Virus record (IMG/VR): IMGVR_UViG_3300035070_002934
Coordinates: 1-52,271 of that record
Strand: one strand, 5' to 3'
DNA from: a virus
Lineage: Duplodnaviria; Caudoviricetes
DNA: 52,271 nt
Shown here piece by piece: positions 6,017-18,000 of the stretch (its first letter is position 1; each line of letters begins with the position of its first letter). The position numbers and the translations under genes were made by a program. The notes below the pieces were generated by a model that saw only the letters and a list, made by a program, of their open reading frames with translations, did not search any database and was not told the DNA's origin.

Positions 6017-9000
6017 AAAACCTCGTCCGTCAATTCGGCATACTTCTTGGCAATAGCATTACGCTTTTCAATGAGTCCGTCCATCTTCTCGCGCTTGGCC
6101 TCTGCCGTAATGATTCTATTGCGGCTGAGTTGATCCATTTGCTTTCTGATATCGCCAAGCTGGTTTCTTGCCTTGCCTAACTGCCTACGGTAGCGCAGTT
6201 TTTCCAGGTTATCAGCCCTCAATTCTTCCGCCTCTTCTGTGCGGCCTTCTTTCTTGAATGAGTTGATTGTCCTGAAAACCTGATCTATTTCAGACCATCT
6301 ATCGAAAACGTCAGTGGTGTATTGCGTGGACTTGTTGGTATCTCCACGATAGAGTGCTTTAATAACAGGCAGGTCTTCCAGTTTCCATTCTGGTTTATCT
6401 GCTCGCCCGGTCGCATAGTCTGCGAACATATCCGCAATACCAAGCGCATACATACCCATTGTTCCCAGGTAGCCATTCAGCAAGTGCTCTAGCTTCTTGG
6501 GTGAGTACCCAGTCCATTCGCCAAGCACGCGCATAGTCATACTGGTGTTTTCGTCGTACCTGGCGGATTCGATCTTGCCTTCATCGCTCATACCCTCAAT
6601 AGGCTGATCAAAGAAAAACTTACGGTTAGCCACGCTTTCAATTATCGGCATAGCGAATTGTGGCGTAGGATTGATAGCCATGGTTTCCCATAAGTTATGT
6701 TTGATCGACCACAACAATTTTTCGGCGTCTTGTGTACCTGTCAGTGTGTGCGTCAGCCTTTCGGGAATAGTCCCGAACACAATACCAATCTCAAACGGCT
6801 TGGGCAGTCTGTAATGATCATCACCTAGCCAGAAATGCCAGTTTGCATCCTTATCCCAATCAGGAAGCTCCTGATATCTCTCGTCGTCATCATTGAGCAT
6901 GGCTAGTGCAAACGAGAACAAAGCCAACTTGAAACCAGCCTCAACAAGTACCCGCTTAGGGTTCTCATGCGCCGCCCTGACAAGCTTTGACATACCCTGA
7001 AGTCTAGCATTCATAAATGGTACAAGGTCTATCATGTACTGCATCATGGCGAAATTACCGCGCAATGAGTAGTCCATTAAATCCTTAGATTCAAAAGCCG
7101 CCTGCAAGATTGATTTGCCGCTTTTCTTTGCCGCCTTGTATGTTGCCAGTCTGTTAGCATTCTCCACCTTGTCGCCTAGTTCGCGGTACTTCTGCCATCC
7201 TTGTTTTATCGCATCAAGCCCTTTCGCTGGCGTATCCAACAATGACGATTCGTAGGCATGTAGCGCACGAGGTGAAAGCCCTTTCTTCTCTAACGCTCGC
7301 CTAATGATTTGCGCCGAGGCTTCCGGGTCTGTGCCGTGAACATAGCCACCTTGGAACGATGCCCCGGCAAACATTAGCTCTCGGTAGTCGGGGTCTTCTC
7401 TTAAGGCATCCTTCAAGCCCTTAATGCTATCCACGCCAAGCTTAAATCCGTCCGGGTTGATTGCCCAGGCGTGAGCGGCATCTCGAATAAAGTTCCTAAG
7501 AATAAAATCAGGCGAAGAGGTTATCCCGGTTGTTAACAGGCGCTTCATGTAACGCCCAACCTTTGTCACTGGATCATGAAAGCCAGGGTGTGAAAGATGA
7601 GTTATGGCGCGAAGCAATGCCGGGTCGTTAACCTTGTAATACTCCGGTTTTCCGTCACGCTGAATACGAATGATATTCTTGTCAGACTTCTTGCCAACAA
7701 AGTCTACTGAATTTTCGCCTGCAACTTCTTCCAGGTAATCAGAGCCAGCGAGGTTATCAACCGTTTTAACTAGGGCGCTATTCTTCATCGAAGCATCGGC
7801 CAGCTTCATCCAGTTTGCAAGGATGTTTTCTAGTAGATCGTTTGTTGCTTGTCCGCCGCCTTTTAATTGCTTAATACCAGAGGTCTGGTGTGATAACCCC
7901 TTGCTGGTTCTCGGTGCGAGAAGTGAAACATTTCCCGCTTCATCTTCAATTTCACGATAAAAAGGAATATACCAATCAGACTCCCATTTGGCGCGGGACT
8001 CAGCAGAAATAAGGCCAGACTCTTGCGCCATATCAAGCATGGCTTTGTTGAGTTTTTTATATTCCCTATGGATTTCTTTGAATAGAGCCTCTTTGCCTTT
8101 AGCTCTCGACTTCAAATCATCGATATCGGCTTGAGTAAGGTTGTTCTCCCTCCCTTGCGCCATCAACTCTTCTGCCCGGTGAGCGCCAACCCAAGCAAGG
8201 TAACTATGAAGATCTTTCCCGGCTTTGCCAAGGATATCAAGCAAGCCTTGTGTGCCTTCCTTGTATTGCAGCGCACCGTCTTTCCACTTGGGCGCGCCGT
8301 AGTGAAGTATGGCGTGCATAACGTCAGCGATACCCGTTGCCAGCCTCGCGCCAATGTAGCCTCTATTCTCGGCACCAGACACACCTACCGCCTTTTCCGC
8401 CCGATCAATACCGATCAGACCATCAAACATACCCTCATAGGCGCGATGCTTGAACATAGACCATAATGATTTTTCATTTTCTGCGGCAACGACCTTGTTG
8501 ATTGCCTCGGATAGCTTGGCCTTCCTCTTGGCGCCAAGACCGAACTTGTTTAGGGCTTCGTCTGTTTTTGCTGATCTCAGGGAAAACATAGGCCCGGAGT
8601 CATCAACGTCCATCAGAGGAATATCTGTGTAATCAACATAGTTTTCTGACAATCGCTTATCGGACGCCTTGCTATTTGTTCGTGTGTTTCTTTCATCGCC
8701 ATCACCTACATTAAAAATAACTTCACTATTATTGCTATAGTTCTTAGGACCTTTCCCTTCTACGGCCAATCTCGCATTTTTTAACACCAACAACAATTCA
8801 TTGGTATCAACATCAGCTAACTTTAAAAATCCCCGGTCACGCAAAAACTGCCGGATCTTTCCTATTAGCTCCTTGAAGGCTCGCTTAATTCCTGGCTTAT
8901 TGCTTTGAGCAAGGTGCGCAAGCAACTCGTCCATCATGATTTGGATCTTTGCTTCCGTCGGCTGCTTCGCCAGCCCTTCGGCATAAGCTTTCAGGTCAAT

Positions 9001-12000
9001 ACCATTCTTCTGTGCAATCTCATTAAAGCCGCGAGCTCCACCAATGGCGTAAAACAGGCGCATCAATTCACGGCCTACGTTCTCGCCAAGCAGTTTTCTT
9101 ATGCCATAATGTCCATAACCTTCGTGGAAAATAGCTTCTTCGACTTCAAGCGCGCTCATCAGGTTCTCTCTAACAAGGTAGATCTTTCCTTCATGAAATA
9201 CGCCATTTATCTCATTCCTGCCTGCGCCATACTCCTTTGCCTGGCTCTTTATCGCCGACGGAAGATCATCAAACGACTCGACCAAAACGATGTTATCCCG
9301 CCCTTTACTCCAACTGGCTGTGATACGGTCGATAATTTCATTTGCTTTCGCAGAAGTGATGGCAGCACCCTTTCTGGCAGCGGTGATTTTCGGGTTGATG
9401 GAAAACAAAGTCGATGATTCAAGGAAGCTAATATCTTGCAGTTCCACACCATCCGGTTTATGCCTAACGCCTTTGACCTCTATATTTGCCTGCTTGTCTT
9501 TTTCTGCGTAAACGTGAACATACTCACCGGAGTTTATGTTCCGCGATGGATAAACGTCATAAAACAGATTCCCATTCTTTACTTTCATTCCTAGAGTTTT
9601 ATATGTTTCACCTTCAAACATTAATTCTATGGAATCTTCTCTTTTTGATTTTCCTGAACTCTTAACATTTCTTTTTCGCTCGCGCTCGATGTACTTGTTA
9701 GCCTGCGTACTGCGCCTTTGATCTTCTTTCGCATCAGCGACTTCCACTTCCACCGCTAACCAATCATTAAAACTGCGCTCTTCCTCAAGACGATCCTTTT
9801 CTTTGTGTGCGCTTTTCGATACCACTTTCTTGGCTTCAGCGTAAGCATTCTTTTCAGCTTCAATGGCCTGCAATGTTTCAGATATAACAGATGATTTTGC
9901 TCTTTCCGCAACAAGCGGATTTAGCTTGTTTAGCAAATCTTCTGATCCAATAAATGTCGCCATAGCTGGTTTTTCATAGCTATATATCGGCGTCCGACCA
10001 TGAAGATAAGTTATTTCAATATCATAGACAGTCTTGTCCTTGTCGCTGTAAAACGCATTCCTAGAAACATCCACTTCGAGGCTTGAGTTTTCCCCCAGGG
10101 CAATTGATCCACTCCATGAATTGACCTTAGCGTTAATCGCCTCCATTGCTGGCACGACAACCCTTTCATTCAGCAACTTCGTGTAATCGTGCGTTATTGC
10201 GTGGATTTTTGGCCTAATTGGTCTAACTGGCTTCTTGGCTCCCTTTTTTGCCTCATCACTTAACGCCTCATAGGATTCAAAAGCGGTTTCAAAAGCTGAT
10301 AATTCCTTCTCGAATTTTTTATTTTGCTCACTTACTGCCGCATCAAGTGATTGCATGTCAAATTCTGTAACGCTGAACTTATCAGCAGCCTCTTTACGGG
10401 CATACAATCGCGCCAAGTATTCATCATGGTTTTCTATGACTCTTTCGGCTCCGCTTCGGCTTGAACTTGCCGCATAGTAGTCCGTTTGCGCTTCAACCAA
10501 CCGAGCATCCGATTGCAACTTATGCTTATATATTGGATTGCCTGTAGAGGAAGCCTTAAATTCTGCATAACTATCCGCATCCCCCCCTTCATCATCCACA
10601 TATTCATCAAGACCACCAGAACGGAATTGTTCTATTGCTGCCGCTTTTCTTTCCAATATCTGCCACATAACGGGATCTGATGACCCTTGTGTCGCGTAGG
10701 CAACAATCTCAACCTCAAACCCTTCAGGATCACGGGTATACAGGTCGTTACCCTGACGAATGATCCGGCCTTCACGTTGCTCCATGTCGCTAGGCCGCCA
10801 GGGTGCATCCATGTGATGTAATGCAACCAATCGCTTCTGTGCATTGGTCCCAGCCCCCATCTTAGCGGACGAGCCAATTAATACGCGCACATCCCCGGAG
10901 TTCACTTGATCGAATAGCGCCTTTTTCTTATCAACAGAGTCATAATCATGGATAAACGCTATCTCATTCTCAGGGACCCCCGCTTCCATAAGCGATGCTT
11001 TAAGATCATCGTAAACACTAAAGCCCGTATCTGCCGTTAATACAGAAGACTCTAAACTGGATATCATGTCTTGTAGCGCCTCTTCCTGCGAGGCGTCTAT
11101 ATCTCCTGATTGCTGCGCCTTTTCTATCCGCGACACAATATCTTGCAATACTTTTGAGTAGGCATCCTCGTCATAGAAAGCGATACGTTCATTAACCAGT
11201 TTGGTCGCCGCTGCATCTGACATAGCCATTGACGCTAAAGCCTTTAACTCTTTTTTGACGGAGCCTTTTGCATACTTAGCAGGCGTTCCCATGTCACTAA
11301 ATACAAGTTGAGCACCTTTATCATTTTGCCATTGGTCATAAATCCGTTTGATATTCTTTGCTGCTCGTGCAACTTTCCCAGTAGGATCTCTGCGTGATGC
11401 AGGATCAACTAGCCGGATATCAAGCGAAGCCTTGCGAGCGTCAGACAAAACCCATAGAGGGTTATCAATGCTCGCGTATTCTTTTCGCTCTTGCCGCCCT
11501 TTGATCGCCTCAATTGCTGACATTCTAGCTATAAGGTAATCGTTGTACTCTCTCTGTGTTTCGGTTGCTGGCGCTAAATCCAATCTGCGCTGACCACCCT
11601 TTACTTTCGGTATAGGAAAAGCGGTAGAGTCGTTCGTTTTATTCTTCTCGTTCTTCTCTGCGGTATCTTCTGCAAAAATGTTCACCATATCCGCTCTGGT
11701 TATGACATCTGCAAATTGCCGATACTTTACCGACAACTCTTGCATGTTACTTAAACCTTTGAGAACCACCCGCTCTTTAACTGAACCCGTTGGCGTATAT
11801 TCGAGAGCCGTTTCAGTATTTAGAAATGAGCCAGCAAAAGCGTCATAGTGAGAGATAGATCCGTCTTTTAGTACGTCATAGCCGAGGTAATACATCATGG
11901 TATAAACCTCGACAAGACTGTTACTAATCGGCGTCCCAGTCATAAAGGTCACGCCGCCATTATCCAAACCTTGAACTACCCTTGTCTTGGTTAATAGATC

Positions 12001-15000
12001 AAGCGCCTTTTCAGAACCTTTAGGATCATTCATGCCAACAACACGATCACTACTTGTTGAGTAAGTCAGGTTCTTGAATTCATGCGCCTCATCGACAACC
12101 AGGTAATCAACGCCTAGATCAGAGAAATCAAAGCCTATAGCATCGTGCGAAGATTCTATCGCCTTTTTCTTCTTCTCTATCTTATCCACCATGCTAGAAA
12201 TGGAATCTTCAATCTGCTTGGTTGAAGACCCTCTTCGGCCTGATTCTTTTGCTTGAGACTTTGCCTCTTCCAAAGCCGCCCGAAGCTCAGATATCTTTTC
12301 ATTTACAACAGCCGCGAAGGAGTCAAGGCTATTCGGCAAGTAGCGCAAATGGGAATGACCGATGATCACAGCATCATAATCACCCGTAGCAATCCGAGAG
12401 AAGAATTGCTTTCTATGTGCAGGTTTCATCTGCTTTTCAGTCGCGGTAAGAATGTTCGCGCCAGGATATAGTTCATAGAAGTCGGCAGTGAATGCGCCGA
12501 TAATATGGTTAGGCACAACCACCATTGGCTTCTTGCTCAAGCCGAGGCGTTTACGCTGCATTATCCCGCTGATGGATGTAAATGTTTTTCCAGCACCTAC
12601 CGTATGATCCAGCAAAACATTTTTGCTCTGAACCATTCGTAGTGCGCCATCTAACTGCGTCTTACGCATTTCAATAGTGGGGTTCTGTCCAACAGGTGTA
12701 AAATAAAGCCGCCCGTTAAATTTGCGCTCGATATGCGTATTCACGCGCTCGTTAAAGTTTTTGGCGATTCTATCCATTATAGAACTGTTATTGCTCGCCC
12801 AGGTGTTGAATACCTGCGCCATCTTGTTCACCAAGACATTTACCTGCTTTGTTCCCTCTTCATGCTTTACCTGATTACCGTTACCATCCTTAGTGTATAT
12901 AACCAAGGATTTACCCGCCGCCGCCGCTTCGAATAACTCAGGGATACCCTTGTAATCGTTTTTGAACTGCGCTCCAATTTCGGTATTGGACGATCCATTT
13001 ACCGTTGCAATTCGCACCGTTCCAAGTTGACGATTAACATTAACCTTTGCCTTAATGCCTACGTCCTGTAAAAACTGCTCGAATACTTCCGCATCCATCC
13101 AAGACGCACGAACAGAAGCCTTTATTTTATTAACGGGCTTATCTTTTGGCAGCACACTCTTCAACAGCTTTTCGTTAACAACGAGGCCAGCATCTTTTGC
13201 TTCATGGTATTTGCGCTTAACATTGCCAGACAAATAGTCGTCAATAAACACAAGCTCATCTATTGCAGGATCTTTTAACAAATATGGCCTGTTGCCCTTT
13301 GTTAGTGATTCACGCGCTTGTAGCTTTGAAACTCCAAGCAACTTAGCAATGTAACCAATGTCAACCTTGCCATGTTCGCGAATCGAATAATTCACCGCAT
13401 CATGGATATCCGAAGCCTTTGTCGGTTTCTTGTATGGCTGCATCATCCGTTGTGAAAATATCTTATGCTTTTTCACGTTGCCTTTTTTATCAACGCTATC
13501 AAGGCCAGATTCAATGCTGATATCGTCACGCAGAAGATTAAGACTTGCAGATATAGAGGCAGGCTTGTTCTTACTGCCATACGTTTTAGCAAACGCATCA
13601 TATTGCTTATTTAGCCTTGCCCTAAACTGCTCAATCGTTCCGAGATCCTGTTTCTCTGCGCGAATTAAAGATAATGCGGTATTTCTAATGGCTAAAAGGT
13701 CTTTCAGCTTGTTGTATTTGTCGCCAAGTGACGATGAGGCTATGCCGCTATCAAGCTCACGCTCCAAAGTGGCTTTCGATATTTCACGCTTACTATATGC
13801 CTGGATAGCTTTAAAAGGTTTTGATGTGTACCCAGACTTTAACGCGCCACCATTGTTCGTTAAATTTTCCCTGAAAGCTGTCTCGAATGCCGTTTCATCA
13901 TTGAGTAATTTGTCTCTCAGTTCCGCAAGTAATTCGCCGTTGGCCGTCCATGGTGTAGAAGGCGTCACTTCAACAATGCTTGCGCCAAGCTCTGTATCAT
14001 CCCCTCGCATCTGAATCTTGCCGTCTGCATCAAGCATCATGCCACCAATAGGCAAAGAACTTTCTGAAAGCAACACCTCGCCTGCGAGAGAGTCCTTTAT
14101 CTCATCTGTTAACGCAAGGTTATAACCTTTAGCCATTTCCTTTAATGCAATAGACACCGCCGAACGAATATCACCATATTCTTCTGTTGGATGAACCGTT
14201 AACTCTTCCTTTCCAGCCCTTAATGTCCCATCATTCGCTAATCGCCCAAGGATGTTTTGTGGATTGCTTTCAAAGTATTTATTAATCCTGATACCATCAA
14301 TGTTGCCGTTAACATCCGTCCAAACAGTATTGCTCGACTTCTCGCCATTCTTTAATTTGCGGAATACAACGATATCGGTAGTAACTTCCGTCCCGGCATT
14401 GGATTTAAACGCCGTATTTGGTAGTCGGACAGCGCCAACGAAATCTACAACACTGGACAAATTGCGGTGATTTTCGTTTAAGGTATCTAAGAATCGATGG
14501 GTAACGACCATCATCATCAAGCCGTCTTCATGCAACAGTTTGGCGCTTTTCGCAATCATATAATTGTGAATGCGTAAACCTGAAATATCCGGGTTCCTTT
14601 CATCTGTGATTGTTTCACTTCCGAAAGGCGGATTACCAATCGCCAACGAAAAGACATTGCTCTTAAATGGTGTATCCTGGAATCCTCGCACCTGGATATT
14701 CGCGTCATCATAGATCAGCTTTGCTATATTCCCTGTTACCGTATCCAGTTCTGAAGCCGACCACTTGGATTTTTCGCGCATAGCAGAAGGTTGCCAGCCG
14801 ATAAAATTCCCTGAACCGACCGAAGGCTCGACAACATTCATGGCCGAACCACCAAGACCGAACGCCTCAACGCCCTGCCACATAGCCTTCACTATTTCTT
14901 TTGAAGTGTAAAACGCCGTCCTGGTAGAAGATCGAGCATTGTTATATTCAGTTGGAGTTAAAAGCGCCTTTAACTCTGTGTGCGCTTCTTGTGCAAACTT

Positions 15001-18000
15001 CTTTTTCGTAGTGTGGTCGAATACGAAAGACAGACCACCCCATCCAACGTATTTCGCTAGAACATTCTTTTCATCGGTTGTCGCATAACGGCCACTGGAT
15101 TGAATCTCTTTCATTAGCCTGATTGCGGCCAAGTTTGCATCAACCCTTTGTTTATCAGTTCCGTTTGCAATCCCTTCAATGTTTTCTAAAGAAAAGCCTG
15201 GTGCTTCAGGATTATTCGTATTGCTTCGCTCTGAGCTGTCGCTTTCCCCGCTCCCGATGCCATCAATACTTCCATTTCGTCCATCACCATCGCTGCCAGG
15301 GCTTTTGTCTCCCTCTCCAATTCCGTCTGCCCCATCTTCGCGTATCTCCCCTGATCCGCCACGCTGCTCTTCACTATTTCCTGTATTGATTTGATTGTCA
15401 TCTGCCGATTCCTCTAATTGACCATTTCTGATATCTTGCGCAAACCTTACTATGTAGGGTTTCACGCCTACCCCGAAATTGTCAAGAATCGCTCGAATAA
15501 GATCTTTCAAATCTTTTCCTGCCGCCTGAAAATCTCTAAGCATGGAAACAAAGTGAGGCTTGGCTTTTTCGTAAGTTTGCTCGTCAAAAGTAAGGCCGCT
15601 TGATAGTGTGCCTTTCCCTCCAAACAATTCAGCTAGGCCATTGATCGCGTTCATTCCTGCCTTGCTGACATTAACGCCCATGCTCTTGGCTATTTCAGCC
15701 GCCGCTCTTTCTTTGTCTGATTCAGAAGGTGCAGACTCTAACTTTTCGGCTTTTGTTTTTCTTGGTGTTAGCTTGCGCTTGCCGCCTTCTTTTTTGCTTG
15801 AAGGCTTACGCTCTTTGACAGGCTTTGTGTTGTCTACAGGATTTGACTCGTTAGCGACTTCATCTATTAGAGCCAGTAGATCATCATCTGACATAGCGGC
15901 CATTTGCTCTGCTAGTCCAGTATTTTGGCTTTCAGCTTGGTCGCTTTTTGGTGTAGCTTGGTCACTTTTGCCAAGTAAATCAGCTAATTTGTCCCTAACT
16001 GAACTTTCCCTACTCTTCGGAAACATCCATCCTTGCTGTCTTGAATGCCACTTCCCGCCAGCGGCCTTTATCCTGTCCTTATGCGTTCTAGTGTCACCCT
16101 TAACTAGAATTGCCTTATCAGATATTTCCTCGATGTATAACGGGCTGTCAGATTCAATAACCGCATCCTGAAGTGCATCTTTCGGTTTCTTGGCTTGATC
16201 ACTCTCTGACTTCTGCCCTTCAGCCCTCCTTATCCGGTGCGCCTCTCTAAACTCGATAGCATGCTTGTTGCCAATCTCGCTCATCATCATGATGTAATCG
16301 TAGCCGACAGGTGAGTTTGTAATCTCTTTGATAACCCGCTCTTCTGTGCCGTGCTTTGCCGCCAGATCTGATATTTCGCTGTCTGTTAATCTGCGGCCAT
16401 GCTTAATGGTTATCTCTGCAATATCGCGTGCTATTTCCTTTTTTGAACTAGCTTCAACATTAGCCCTGAGCAGTGCTGATATCTTGGAGTTCTCAGGATC
16501 ATAAGCTTTTTCACTCTTTGGCTTTGGCTTTGGCTTGACCTTTGGCTCTTTTGGTTTCGACTCTTCATTTCTCGCTTCCATTTCAAATGGAGTCGAGGAA
16601 TTGTCCTCCTGCTGTCCCTTGCTCTCTGTTTTTGATTCTGGTGTATCAGCAAAAATATCCGTCTGACCATTCGCCATAGCGATATCAGCGGCGCTATCGG
16701 AACCAGACAAGGTGAAACTATCCACCTCTTTGTCGGCATCGATGCGTGCTTCTTCTTGCGCCTTGGCTTCGGCTTCTGCCTGGTTAGCTTTGGTAGCTTC
16801 GGCCTCTTGTTGCGCTAATGATTCTTCGGTTTGCGTTTCAAGCTGGAAGTCTTGCCCCGATACTTCGCTTTGAATTTCGCGCAATAGATCCGGGTGCTTA
16901 TGCCACTCTTCATACCTTTCCGCTTCTGCCGTCAATTCGGCAATGCGCCTCTTCAGGCTTTCAGGATCTTTAACGTCCACGCCTTCTTGCTTGGCCAGCT
17001 TTGGATTCTTAGCCGCACCTTTGACAGCGGCAATACGCTCTTTTATTTGTCTCTGCTTTGAAGAGGCGGCCTTAGCCATTGCCTCGGCTTGTTTCATGGC
17101 AGAGTCATCAAAGCCAAACAAATCACCCTCTTGTGTCATGTCTGGTTTGCTTTTCAGCGTCTTGGCGGCACGAATCATATTGACTGCTACCGACTGCGTC
17201 TTGCCATCCTGAATGGCCTTTAAGCCTATTGCCTGGTAAGCCTCATCTTTCGGCGCTACTCGGGTAATGGCTTCTGCCGCTGCCTCGGTGATTTGATCGT
17301 TACGAAGGGCGGTAACGAGGCTATCACTTCCCTCTTTTGCGATGGTGTAAGCCCTTCGCCCCAATTGGCGAGAGGTGATTCCGAGCTTTTCACTTTCTTG
17401 TTCGGTGATTCCTGATGATCGGAAGAATTCGACATAATCTTTTACGCTCCCTTGGTTGTCTCTAATGTTCAATATAGCATCAAGCGCTTTACCATGATCT
17501 GCGGTGAATCCGTCAGCTTCATAGTGCAATTGTGCGGGAATGTCTTTCTGATTGCTACGCTTGGCAAGGTCGAACCTGTGACGACCTGTCAGGATCTCTT
17601 TCTTGCCATTCTTTCTCACCCACACCTGAATGGGGGCCATGCCCACTTCATCATACTCGCCGCGCAACTGTTCAACCACGCCATCTTTACTAGCACCGGA
17701 TTTGAACTGTGGCACATCCTCAGACAATGTTAGCTCGTCCAGATTAACCCTGGCCTGTTTGCGCTTGGGATCAAACGATTGGCCGCTATCAGTGCTCTCG
17801 TTGTCCAGTTTAGCTACTTTGGCCTTTTCCATTGGCGGCGGCAAGGCTAGTCTTTCCCTGTCATTCCTGCGGGTAATAAGAGGCTTGTCTTCTTTGCCTA
17901 TCCAGTTGTCGGGACCACCTAGTTCCGGGTCGCCCTGTTGTCCGTCAATGAAGGGACGATCAAGGCGCAATCGGTCAATGCCTAGCTGCGGATCTTTCTC